Shown: piece after piece, positions 18,650 to 33,533 of the stretch
How positions within the stretch are numbered: position 1 is the stretch's first letter
How the letters are laid out: each line of letters begins with the position of its first letter
Source of the DNA: the human T2T-CHM13v2.0 reference genome, Homo sapiens
Assembly (NCBI RefSeq): GCF_009914755.1
Contig: NC_060929.1
DNA length: 64,000 bases
Strand: one strand, 5' to 3'
Position numbers and translations under genes: made by a program
The notes under the pieces: model-generated
Told to the model about the DNA's origin: nothing
Database searches by the model: none
The model's input: the letters and a program-made list of their open reading frames with translations, nothing else

Positions 18650-18890
18650 CATTAATAAACCTTGAAGTCATCTAAGTACAATGAGCCAGAAGTAAAAGGG
18701 CAAATATTGTATGACTTAATTTAAGTGAGATATAGAGTTTCAGCTTGAGAAGATGAAAAAGTTCTGGGAATGAATTGTGGTGATGGTTGCCAACAATTAG
18801 AATGTATTTAATGCCACTGAAAGGTATATTTAGAAACAATGAAAATGGAGAATTCTATGTTGTGTACATTTTGCCACAATAAAAACACTT
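18650..18890 (+). mobile_element. L1MB-type 3' end fragment
   Basis: gatgaaaaagttctgggaatgaattgtggtgatggttgc...aatgccactgaa...ccacaataaaaa. Confidence 0.75.
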
Positions 18891-19010
18891 TAAAATTCAT
18901 ATTATAGACATGACTGAAAAATATGCATGTAGAATACACTATATGGAATCTTATAAGTAGTCAGAAAAATGCAAATTAAAATAACCATGAGACTTATCCA
19001 TTAAATTGGA

Positions 19011-19094
19011 ATATATATATACACACATATATATACACACACATATATACACACACATATATACACACACATATATATATATACACACACACAC
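19011..19094. repeat. Mixed (TA)n/(CA)n microsatellite
   Basis: Directly visible. Confidence 0.95.
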
Positions 19095-19840
19095 GGAGAT
19101 TGATGACATTAAGTATCAGCATGTTGGATGTAAATTCTCCTTTTTCTAAAGGAGGTGCTGCCTTTCAAAGAGTAGTATGTGTTAACTCTTAATATTAAAA
19201 CTGTTGATAGCCCAACAGTGAAATTCTTGGTAACTGGCCTAGAAAATATTTGGACATGAACATAAAGAGCCAGGAACAAAGTCTTTTATGATAGCTTTGT
19301 TTTTTGCAGTGGGATTTTAATATGCTGCTGTTCATCACCATTTTAATGAATAAACAAATAGTTGTAAATCTATGTTATGGAATACTTACATAGCAGAAAA
19401 AGCTACACGCACATACAAATATATGTGTAGAAAAAGGATATGTTTTTCAGATATATGATTAAGTGATGAAATTTTCTGAAAAATGCATAGATTAAAATAT
19501 TCTATATATATAAAAATAATACCCACATCCAAAACACATTCAAATATATATATATTATATATATGTATATTTATAAGTATGTAAGTTTGTATAAGCAAAA
19601 TCAACATATGAACACTTTTGGAAATCATATAAGGAATTTTTTTTTCACTTCAAGTTTTAGAAAAATAGAGTATTTTCAAATATCAGATAAACTTTCTATA
19701 GGATTTTTAAGGCTTAATTTCGGGGTACGGCAAGTTGAGTACATAAACTCATGGCAATGTAGCTAAAGTAGTCACAGCTTTTAAAATACTAATTTATTAA
19801 ATGAATATGCACTTGGGAATAGTATAAAAAATAACATCAC

Positions 19841-20177
<337 letters not shown>

Positions 20178-21717
20178 TTAAATTATTCTTCCCTCATTTC
20201 AAATAATAGTTCAAAAAAAATCTTACCTATGTTTTTGTTATCATGGACTTTTATTACAAAATTACATTTTCTGCCTCCTATGTACCTTCTTGAGCACCTC
20301 ATTTTCACTGCTATTCAAGTTATTTAAAATATATGTCCTTTAAAATCTATACATGCTACTGTTCCTAGTTTTTTTAATGAGACATAAATATTCATTTGCA
20401 AAATATATGAACTGGTGTTGTTTGTTTTTTTGCTCACTTGTTTTTGCCCTGGAGGTTAATTTTCATGATCCTTAAGTGGTTAAGTAGAGCTAGTTAATGT
20501 GTTACACATAAGTTGATACAGCTATCTCCTAAAAGGGTTGACAATAGCATTAGCCTTGCTGTTGTGAAAAAATTGTGAATTTTTGTGAAATTTGTGACAC
20601 TTCCCTGGAAATCATGACCAAATCTGTGTTAAATACCTTTTTTTTAACCAACTTTATTTGGAGATATCTAAATGTAGCAAAGATTTTCGTTTGTTGACAT
20701 TGTTTTAAACCAATGTGTCTTTTGTACACCGTGTTTGGTTCAAAATATAATAACTGAGGTTATGCCCCATAATATACAGCATTTTGAAGGGGCTTGAATA
20801 GATGATGACTTTAATTATTCAAGGGTAGTTTTGTGGAAAACACTGCTTTACATCCTGAAATACTTAGTAACTCTTTTGTGTCTTAACACTAAGTTCCTCC
20901 TTAAGACACTTAGAGACAAGGTAAGTACAGAGACAAGGTAATTTCAGTTCTTAAAATGAAAATACTTCATGTAAATATGTTTACATTACACTGTGTTTAT
21001 AGTGGTTTAACTTCCTACTATTACATAAGCTATGAAACTTCTCTCTATGATAAGTGCTTGTCAGAAGCTCATAAACATATAGCTGAACTACTAACTCAAC
21101 TCAAACTTACCCTTAAACTCATGACTTGGTCCTATCCCTCCAAGAGATACAAAGAATTACAAAGAACAGCCTCACATTATTGGCCCTTTCCTGTTATGTT
21201 ACCGCAAAAATGCTTCTGTTGCTGGGATTCCGAAATCATCTCATTTTCTCTTTATAGCAACTATTCATTTTTCACTAATAATTACCATGAAAAGTTTAAA
21301 ATCAGTTTAAAGTTTTGTTACTTGGTGTGAGGTATAGCTGTAATTTCTCTGACAAATATGTTCTGCAACATTAGTTGCATTTAATCTTTTGTGCATGTAT
21401 GTTTATTTCTATATTTTAAATTTTCTATATGATATAAAATTTTTTATTCTGTAGATAGAAATGACAATATTTATGCAAATCCTTCACAGCTTAAATTATT
21501 GGTTGATAAAGTTAGTGCCTTTTCAATAATCTTCTACCTCAAAAGAGTATTTGCTAACCTTACCTTGTTATTATCCAAGGGGCATATTTAAATCTATTTG
21601 TTACATTGCTAGAAAATATATTTTGGAATTTTAGTAGGAACACGTTAACTGTGTACATAAATTTAAGAAACATATTTTGTTTGCTATACAATGCCAGCAT
21701 TGGGACCACTGAGTTAA

Positions 21718-22017
<300 letters not shown>

Positions 22018-25000
22018 TCTATTACTTTTTTTCAATGTTTTTCATCTCTATATAATTTGAAATTTTATAAGAATTTTCATCTGATCCATTAAAGGAATAA
22101 CCTGTCTGGGTAAGGATAGGAGACCTCTGTCAACCAGAGCTAGGAGAAAAATCTAAATATGTGCACACTTTTAACTTATAGTTCAAAACATTTTTATGGT
22201 AATCATTACGAAAACTACTGTTAATACATAAGTAAACGGCATTCACAAGTGCAACACATGTAAGTTCCCTTAGAGCTATGCTATTTTAACAGCTAAGCCA
22301 TACCTAAGTGATAGCTTTCAAAAAGAAATTACAACGAAAATAAAAGAACAAGGTTAGTATAGCGTGGAGGATGTTAGTGGTTGACAGCATCTCAGAATTT
22401 GTTTTTGAGTCTATATTAGCTCCCCAGTAAATCTGAGATTAAGCAAATATTTCGGTGATTGATACTCATTTTAGGTGAAGCAAGCCCTGGATGGGGATTG
22501 AGATGATGGAGCTATTTTCCTAGGTCATCTTCTTGACCAGTGCCAGGTTATTATTATCCTCATCTTGATCACATAAAAAATAGAGACGATGATTACAACT
22601 GTGACCAATCTGCATTGAGGCCTTATGCAAATTAACCCAAATTTGAACTCTATCAGAAGGTAATAGTGGTAAAATTGCTCATTCTATCATATTTATACTC
22701 TCATATTAGCACAGGTTTTACATATTTTTTTTAAATCTATGAAATCCAGCCAGCTTAATAAAGTATCAGATCTTAGGAAAATATCCCATGTAGCTACAAA
22801 CTGCGTGAAGCCATAGGTATAAGTACAATTATTCTGATCTTCTGGGAAGCACGTTGATGAAACTAAGAAAAGGTCTTTTGAAAGACCCAGCGGACTGCTG
22901 CCAGGCAGTAGTTACATTGTCCATAGCATAAGGCACAGTTAAAAAAGAGAAAAAAATTCTTCCCAGGACATCTCTACTCTCTTCAATTTTAAAATGGCTT
23001 TCAAGTTTCCTGTTCAATGTGCTGATCTGGAAGCACAGAATGAAGGAGAAAGGGAAAGAAGAGTTAGACTATAAAGTTGTTAATACATTAGTTAATTCTT
23101 TTATGGAACATTTTGAAGCACAGGCTATTAAATCACTTCCTTCTGTTCAGTTAGCTTTTGAGCCTGATAAGCATCAAAGCTCAGATGGAAAATTGACATC
23201 CAAAGAGACTGACATATAAGCATACAGTTTAAAAATTCAGCAAAAGAAGTAGTGTTGTACCTAAGATCTTTCTTATAGTTATGCTGAGACTCTAGTCTCT
23301 ATGATGTTGTAATAAAACTGAAAATAACAAAAAAAAAAAAAAAAAAAAAGAGGAAAACCAGGATGGAATCAGGTTTCATGGAGTGACTGAAGTGGCCTTT
23401 TGAAGATTTTAAAACAACTGCAGAAAATAATCTTTTTCTCTGTCCATGGCAGTAACAGATTAGTGGCTCATTTCCATACCATCATTTTGAGACTCTCCAT
23501 GATGACCCCACCCTCATGCCCTATATTCAAAAATATTAATCTGTTCAATTTTCAAATGGGATCCATAGCCAGTGCGGGAGGATGTGGGAGAAGCCCTGCC
23601 TTGATGAGGGAAAGTGTTGAACCAATAGCTCATGGCTGCATATTAGTTGAACTACCGACCTTACAGTTGATGTAGCTTTCTCAAAAGTGCTTAACTTAGT
23701 AGCGGGGAGTAGTTTACCCCCTGGTGAAATCAGGATCAATACTTATTAAATACTTCATGAACTCTATTCATTTCTAAAACATCCACTTGTCTGCCTTTCC
23801 TGTCATGTTCTGAATTAATTTGATGTGTGATACAATTCTTACCTTTTATATTACGTTACTTGTATGCTGAAAAGTAAAAGACAAAATAATGAGGATTGAG
23901 GGATGGTCTTTTTGTTTTTCTTAACTGTCTTGTCTCCCTTTTCAAAGATATTTATTATAATACCTTCTTAGACAATAGTTTTCCACTTCTTCCCTTAAAA
24001 AATATTTAGGCCTAAATCTACAAGCACAATATTAAACATTTGTTATTTACTTTCTTCCCAGTTCTTTGGAAAAAAGTGAGCTGATCTCTGTAAACGGAAA
24101 TTAATTCTCCTCCCCAAGGACTTTATTGATAGCCTGGGATGAATGTAGCAAAAGATAGGGTGTCAGAATTATTACAAACATTTATTAAAATTATTTTGAG
24201 GTTGTATTTAATCTTTATTAACAATTCAAAATATATAATCTAGAAAATAACATTATATGCAGTCTTATCCTTGAAAAATAATGTGTTCATAATTAGGTTG
24301 CATACAGAAGTTTCTATTTTGTAATGTAGTATCTCATGCTTTTAAAGTTAATTGTTCCATCTTGAAAATATTTGCTTCCACTTTTGAAACAATTGTCTCC
24401 CCTTTACTTGTAAGAAAACAGAGTTTAATGTTGGTTTTATTTTTGCCAATAGTAAGATGAGCTTTCTTTAAGAGTAATGTTAGTTGGCTTAACTGTCCAT
24501 TTGAAAAAATACTTAAGCCATTATATTTGACCGAAATAGACTTATTAGAAGCATTTTTCTAAAGTAAAGGTTTTTTTTTAAAGTAGTAACATGAAGAATA
24601 TTAACAATAATAATTATTTTATATTATATAGTAATTTCAAGGGTCTGATCTGTTACCAGCTGTCTTAATCACCACTTGCATACGAAGCAGGCATTTTTAA
24701 TGTTACTAAAATTGGGAAAATTGATACATGAAGAAAATAAGTGAGTGCCCAAGGCTTTAAAACCAATAAATGTCCAGTGTTAAAACAGAGTTCCCTTGAA
24801 AGTTAAGCCTGAGAGTATGCATATATGCTCAGGCTAAGATAGATATTTGAGGTATTTGAAATAACCAAACCTAAAAATGCATTCCCTAAGAGAAAGAAAG
24901 GTCAATTTGTAGAAAAATAGGGATATTATGGAAATTCAATAGAATTAAAGCAATGTGAATATGGAGAAATAGTGGAACAACTCATGGTGTTGAGTTGGGA

Positions 25001-25444
25001 GTGAATGTAATTGAAATGTCAAATGAAATGATAACTTTAATAAGAATTATTCAAGTTTAATCATAGGGTGAAAAAGATTGAGTGAAAATGCTTGATAAGA
25101 AATTATTTGAATTTTGTCCTTCACTGTATTTACTTATGTCCCTGTTCTATATCTATTTACCAATCTAACATCAAATCTTTCCACAAATTCATTCCTTCCT
25201 TTCAATTGTATGTCCTATGACTGTATCACTTTCTAAAATGTACAACTTGCTCATTCATAGTTACATAAAGTTTGTTCAATATTTTTCCTAGACCTGAGAT
25301 GCCCACTAGGAGTGATTGAGTCACTCCTTCAGTGACTAAATCAAATAATTATTTTCAATGCTCTGAAAGCAATAAATTTTCTTCTGTGTAGCTCCTTAGT
25401 CAATGTCATCCCCAAATAACCCCCACCTTCTATGAATTACCATA

Positions 25445-25650
25445 GAATAGTAACAGCTATTTCCTAAATGTTTATTATGTGCCAAGATCGTTTCAAAGCA
25501 GTTTGCTTGCATTATCTCCTCTAATACTTGATGAAAACCTATAAGTTAGATAATGGTTTGATCCTCATTTTAAAGATAAGTAAACTGAGGCCAGAGATTT
25601 AAAATAAATCTCTGAAGATTGTGCACTAAGTGGCAGAGCCCACATCGCTT
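25445..25650 (-). mobile_element. MIR SINE
   Basis: atcctcattttaaagataagtaaactgaggccagaga...aagtggcagagcc. Confidence 0.75.
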
Positions 25651-27369
25651 GGCCCATACTGCTTTTTAAAATGTTTGCCCCTTTTTATGCTCATAGACAC
25701 TTAACGAACATTTCTTTCTTCCCAAAGAGGTATACATTTCTGGAGGCCAAAAACATAGCTTGGATATCTTTATGTTGGTCATAATACTTAACAGAGCTGT
25801 AGAACATAGTAGGAGCTTAGTAAAACTTTAGGGAAAACAATTAGTAAGTTTTCGATATTAAGAACTCTGTTAAGGCTTATTGAGGAGTTAGAAAAAAATA
25901 CAAACCCATAGTGATGTGGAACATTCAAATCTAATTTAATTATGATCTTTATATGAAGGAGAAAAAATGCGTGTGACAGCTGTGATATTCATAAAACCTT
26001 TGTTTAAAAAATTCATTTCTTCTGTCTCAATTTCTCTGTTTACACTGAATCTTTTTGTTTGTTTGTTTTCATGATTTTTTTAAATTCCAAAAAAGCTATT
26101 TTCACCCAAGTTTGTTTCATTGATATGATTTTAGTAGCTCCTATCTGAAACCATCGTCAGGAAACATGTTTTTTCTCTTTGGCTATTTCAAAAAAGAAAA
26201 ATACTTAATATCAGTATGAATAACACATGTGCTCATTGCAGCATAATGTTGGTGCAATCTGTGCTTGATACAGTTATAAATAAGTCTTTGAAAGCATTTT
26301 TCTGTATTTTAAATAAAGGCTATAGAAAGCCACAAGAAGGATCTAGTCTTGTTAATATCACAAGCTGTTTCCCCACCTGCACTCAGAGCAGCTTTAGTAC
26401 AGCAGCTGTCTGGGTTCGTGTTGGCACATCACTGTCTGCACAGGAACCCCATGGTTTACACAGAAAATGAATAGGCCACAGTTCCAATGGGGGTCTTTAA
26501 TAATCCTTCCTCTAATGCTACCATGTGTGAGCATTGGGCTTTGAAGGGGTGTGAGGTGTGAAGTTTCAGGAGGATTATTTAAAGCCACTCAATTTCGAAA
26601 GGTAGAAAAGAGCATTACAAAAACCAGAGAGTGTCTTTGCATTCCTCCTGCATGTTGATCAAATGCAGCTTATATTGATATTAGAGCTTCATGTCCAGCA
26701 TGTAATAGCAAGTAAAAGGATTGATATAATTAGGTGATTCACTCCATTCAGCCCTCTTTAACATGGACAAACAAAAACCTAGCATAGATGTTTCATTGAT
26801 TTTATTTACCAAATATTAGCTGTGAAAATATTAACCTAATGAGAACAAATATCTATCCTGTAGTACCTATGGATATTAAATCCAGGGAGGAAGAAATTTA
26901 TACATTGGACTTGCCTATGTGTAATTGGGTGGCCCTTGGACATTTAAAATAAAGCAATTTTTTTTTTCTTTTTCTACATAGACTTCTAAAAGTATCATCC
27001 ATGGTAGTTAATCAATCATGGTTTTTTAGGCCATGTGAATAAATTTCTTGTTCAAACTGAGAACTTTATTCCAATAACTCTTACTTCTCCTAAGGCACAT
27101 TAAAGAACCCAAATTCCATTTTGTGACTATTCTGAGCAGTTTTTGGAGAGCATACTATAATGGAGGTGGGGTGATTTAATCACTTTGAGACATACTCTGT
27201 GCAACTACAGAATCAAAATATTAGGGCCTCAGCCACCTACTGCCCCACATCTGGACTTAATTTCAAAAGATCTTTAAGCATTGGGAATGCCCAGCATTGA
27301 GAAACTATCTCCAGTGTTACAGGAAATAGCAAGTAAAGAGATGGTATATTCAATCTAATACACATTTCC

Positions 27370-28364
<995 letters not shown>

Positions 28365-28530
28365 TGAATTGGTAAATTTTTTTAAAGTCCTTTTTTAATA
28401 AGATTCACAGAATATTACCCCTCTTAAGTTATGACAGACAATGGTGACTTCTCTGTCCACTGCTCTGAATATTTCTAACCCCTAAAACATTCTGATTTTA
28501 CACAACAGGATATACAACCCACAGCCTGTA

Positions 28531-28548
28531 GGGCGGAACAGCCAATGA
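28531..28548 (+). promoter_or_regulatory. Adjacent GC box (GGGCGG) and CCAAT box (AGCCAATGA); possible alternative promoter
   Basis: Sp1 and NF-Y consensus motifs 3 nt apart in unique sequence; motif match only. Confidence 0.25.
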
Positions 28549-29078
28549 CTGGTTCCAATAGAGCTTGACAGATATTTTGTGCCTGTCATTGCTTTATGAC
28601 ACAGTTTTAAGCCACAGACTAAAGATGATTGTAGCTACCACTGTCCTCCTTACGGTTAAAACAGCTCACACAGTATTTTGCCCTAATATTGTCAAGAAGC
28701 ACAATTCCTTTCCCAGAAAACTGCTCTAATTGGATTCGGTAGACCTTGACTGGCTTGTCACTGCTGTGTTCAAGGTGAAGGTGAAATCTTTGAGGAGCTT
28801 GTTCCTGAAAATAAAAGCTGAATATCTCTGATGAAGGCCTTTTAAAAGTACATATCTTTATGCAATTATTTTCATATTACTTTTCCACGATCTATGTTTT
28901 ATTATGTGTGACAAATGACCAGGAAAAAGAAAAAGGTTGTGGGATTGATTTATACTCTAAATCCTATATATATGCAGTTATATCTTTAAACATTTATCGA
29001 CATATAAATGTAAAATTTGAAAAGAAAATATTTTTATTCTGATTTTTTAAAAATTCCAAATTCAACATTTCATAACAG

Positions 29079-29176
29079 GTGAGAAGTTGCTGTTGAAGCC
29101 ACACTGCTGATGAGGACTCAGGCAGGTGTCCCGAGAAATCGCCCAGTCGTGAGAGGAACCATAAGAACTTTGTAAG
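29079..29176 (+). other. Candidate 98-nt non-coding (5'UTR or lncRNA) exon
   Basis: Acceptor catttcataacag|G, donor AAG|GTAAAT, branch-like ttctgat upstream; GC and CpG richer than its flanks; stops in all three frames. Confidence 0.45.
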
Positions 29177-30037
29177 GTAAATACTTTTCTTAACTTTTTA
29201 AAATCTGGGCAAGACACAAGGTCAATGTTTAAAATAATTACTGTTGGATTTTCTTTATAAGAAGAATAACGCTAATTCACATTTTTAGCCCGATTTCTTT
29301 AATTCATATTTGGCGATAGAGCTATTACCATTTATTAGATTTTGTATCACATTCTGTATAACATACACAAAATGCGTATACATGTACATATATACGAATC
29401 TACACACGTTTACCACTAAATACTGAAAAGCGTTATCGAAAGTCTTTATCTGCCTAGATTGCCAAGTAGAAAGTGTGACCACTTTTTGAAAAATATGAAT
29501 ACACTGAATCATTGAAATATCTTGGTGTCCCAGAGAGTAGAACCAGGATAGTCTAAAGCGTGCAAATATTAAATTGTGTGAAGCATTTTGGTTCTAAATT
29601 TCAGTTAAGAGAGAGGCTATTTCACAGTTGGCCTACTTCCTACAGGAAACCACAGTGATGTTTTATTAAGTAATGGAATATAGTTTGTCTCTTCATTTAC
29701 CTGTAAGAAATGTGGCAGGGAGAGACTTGAAACTAGGACTTAAAGAGTGACAAGTACCAGGCATGAGAAACACAGCTCCCTTAAAGAAAAAGTAAACATT
29801 CCAGGAGGCAATCCTTTTGGAAAATGAGCCAATCAGAGCTGGTCCTGCTAAATGGAGAGGCTAGAGAGTAGGTGCCCCTGACTTCTCAACTTCATATTAA
29901 AATATTCTGCCGTTCACCTTTCTTGAACTCAATTCCCTAACAAGCAAGCTGACATTAAATCTTCATTCTTTAGAAATTTTAATATTTGGAAAGTGTATGA
30001 AGTAGGTCATCTAAAAATGTAAAAAGCAATCCTCAAG

Positions 30038-30303
30038 TTATGGCACTCTGTCGCATTTTGGTTTGGATAGAATTCTATTCTGTTTAATGAGTTGTTTGAT
30101 GATCTCCCTGAAACTGAGCATACTTGAGTTCTGAGATACCACACAGAAATATGACTGCAAAAGCAAAAGATGATCTTCAAGTAGATCAACTTTTGAAAGT
30201 GTATCAATCACTGGCATTAAATTGTTTGTCTCATTCTTGAGGAAGAGAAGGGACTGGATTTTTATAAGGTTTATTTTTAGCTTCTTGGCTAACTGTAACA
30301 CAC
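30038..30303 (-). CDS. Candidate terminal coding exon (G)VLQLAKKLKINLIK...KPKCDRVP*; hypothetical microprotein or lncRNA exon
   Basis: Strong acceptor cctttattttcag|GT; 88 codons open to TAA in non-repetitive DNA; minus-strand AATAAA at 29662-29667; protein not recognised. Confidence 0.25.
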
Positions 30304-33300
30304 CTGAAAATAAAGGCATGTTTATGACATCTTACCGTGTTGTGTCTGCTGTCTGAAACACTCATTCAGGAATGAATTGGGATACTGATGCACTAAAAAA
30401 GGCTCAGGATGGGGTTTGGATAAGTGCTGCTCCTTTGAAAGAGTCCAGACTTTGTAAGAAAGTATTAAAATTCTGCATTGATAAGATAACTTTTGAAGCT
30501 TTAAATTGAACTGCCTAAGGAATCTCTTTTAAATGATCTTCATTCCAGTTCCATGATTGGTGGGTACGAGTGAGGGACGAGGACTTCTTTTCTATTTCCC
30601 TCAAACTCGAAAATTTTTCAATTTTTTTCTTGTAATTTCTGATTAATGGCACTCTTGATTTTGATTTATATTATCCTATTATTCATTATATGGGAGAAGA
30701 AGAAGTCACTTTTTTTTCCAATTTAATTTTTAAAATTAGGGCTAGCAGTGATGAAATTTAAAATCAAATTATCTTGTCAGAGTGACAGATAAATCTCTAG
30801 AGTTTCTAATGAGATTTTCCACTGGCAGGATGCTGAATTTCTCCCTTTCCCAGACTTCTTCATTCCAGGTTTTGACAGGGAGTGACAATGAGCATCTGTG
30901 TTTTGAAATATAGTACTATTTGAGGTATTTTGGTCCTTATTTAGAAATTTGGGGGTGGTTTGCTTCTTTGTTCTAGGTTAAAGGGGAAAAAGACAAATGT
31001 CAAATGGGTACATCTTTTACTATGGAAAGCTGTAAGTAATTACCATATACCTAAATTTGATTAAGCATAGTAGATTCACCAATTTCTACCCTAACCTTTA
31101 CGTGTTAATATTCTTAAAGGAATTTTTACCATAGAGATGGTGTAAATATGACACCATATTCTTACTATGCTGCTATTTGACTTTTCTCCCCCATGTTTTC
31201 ATTATCCTAAATAAAATTTGAACTCTTAAGCATTTTCACAGTATTAGGTTGAACTCTGTAATTCTATATGCAGTTAACAATTCTGTCTTACGTAATCAGG
31301 GAGTTAGAAATTCTGTTTCTAGTAGCTAAAAAAAAAAAAAACCCTATTCTTTGCTGATCTCAGTCAAACATGTAGCAAAATAATGATTCTTAAATGATAT
31401 AATAGATGTGCACTTTATTCCTCTGCAAGAGAATATATCTAAGATAAGCTGTGTATTCAGTGATACTACCCAAGTAACTGAATTGCCAATTAGTAGTTTA
31501 AAATGTCTTGGGGAAACAAAAAGAATACAGAAAAAATGATTAGTTATGACAGGACCCTCCATATTGAGATTGTCTTGGAGTAGAACGTGTTGCAAAATGA
31601 GGTTGATTCTAGACTGAGCCTGCTCCCTAACTCTGACTAGACAAGGAGTTCATGAGATGTCTTAAAGCTTCAATTTCCTCACATGTGCAAGAAGAAGCAA
31701 TTTTTCTTGCACTTTTTTTTGTCAGCCAGAAGCTAGTCAAAAGCTACAGCTGTAATTTAGAACTTTGCTTCTTCATTACATTTCCGTCTATGTATGTTGT
31801 TGTAATTTCTACATCAGAGGATATTAACCAATGAGTGCCCCCTGAGAAGCCTGCTTTGGTTACTTGATTATTATTTCAAAATGAGTAATGGTGAGTATGT
31901 TAGGTAGTAATTCAAGGAACAGATGATACTCAGAAAAAAATGTGGCAAGACACCTATGTGTAGGCCCTGAAGAGCTGCACATACTGTACATTAGCTAAGA
32001 GTCTTAATAAAAGAACAGAAGGAAGGGGAAATACAAAATGAAGAATGAATTACTTAAGATTAAATAGTTTCTATTACAGAAATAGGCTGCATGGAGAGCT
32101 AATGGCAGGCATTTTCTACAGACAGATGGAATGCTCTCATCTCCCAATAGTATTGATATGAAGTCTCCGTTAAGATTCATTTTTCCTGAAACATTTGCAT
32201 ATAAATATAAACATCATTACTAGGGGCTAATTGCCCTGTAGGAACTAAAATGTGGGAATTAGCATCTGTAGTCGCTTTTATTATTATTTTTTAAAGTATC
32301 TCTAACACGCATCGTATTTGGTACTGCATGGCTGCAACAGATAATTACCACCATTAAGAATCTCAAACGCAAAATCAAAACCATTTGGAATGGCTTCCAG
32401 GGCAACCCAGCACAGTGAGTAGCCACCAAAATGAGTATATGAGGTTTATGTTCATGCATATTTATAAGGGCACTTAATTCGACATTCATAGTAGGGGGCT
32501 TTTGAAAGCTTGTCAAAAGAGCAGCCCCAAAACAAGACCAAACATCAAAGGTAAGAAGATACAGTGCATCTCGCTCCCACACACATACAAATATTGCTTG
32601 CAGGAGGCAATGAATAACACCAAAGGAATTATTTATTTTAACTACTCAGAAGAGACGGCAATTTCTACGAAGATGTAAACCACAAGCCTTTGCCTTTATC
32701 ATTCATCTTATTGATCAGAAAGGTCAAGAGTATAAGTTATTCAAAGGATGGATCATAGGCAAAATTCTGGATAAATGGACATGTAGATTTGTGTGATTAA
32801 TGCCTCTTGCTTGTGCAGAATATGTGGAAGAGTTTGAAGGCATGTCCTAAGGACAGAAAAAAGGAAAGTATTTGAAAGAATACTGACTATAGCTGAAACA
32901 CTGCCCATTTTGTGGGTGGGTCTGTGTGTTCAGTATATAGTTGCTGCCTTGTTCAAGTGTTGTGTTCAGAGGCGATCTTGCTGACACTTATACTTTTCAA
33001 AACCATTTCCATGACATTCAGCAAATGTTTGTTCTGGCGGAACAAATCTGTTAAATTATAGATTAGAAACAGTACAAAGAAACCTTTACAAATGTTTCAG
33101 TTTCAGTTTTGCACAAAGCAAACAGCATTATATTTAAATGCAACACTCCTTGTTAGAATAAAACATCTACATAACAGGGTACTATGCTCGATTTATAATT
33201 CTCTTCTCCACTCCGCTTGGGGGGCAGGGATGCCTGAAGTTCTGAAAGCCGCAGTGTTGAGGATCACCTCTCATCACTTCCTTTCAAAAGCCCACATCTA

Positions 33301-33533
33301 CAATCCACTTCTGCTTTCTTGCCATTTCCCTGTCTTTCCCAGCTTCCTTTCCTTAGTTTCCTTCCCCACCCCCTTGACTCTCCATTGTTGCTAGGAATGG
33401 TCTAAATGCAAAATAATGACACTTTTCCTGTAATGGCGATCCCATATTATTTAATGGGCATTTAGTTCTATTCAATCCCTCGTTAACACCTTACTCATTA
33501 TATTGAAAAAATATTGGAGAGTGGCATAGTAGG

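Noticed and set aside
32259-32582. 107-aa minus-strand ORF in unique sequence
   Set aside because: Non-ATG start, no convincing splice boundaries and no recognisable homology.
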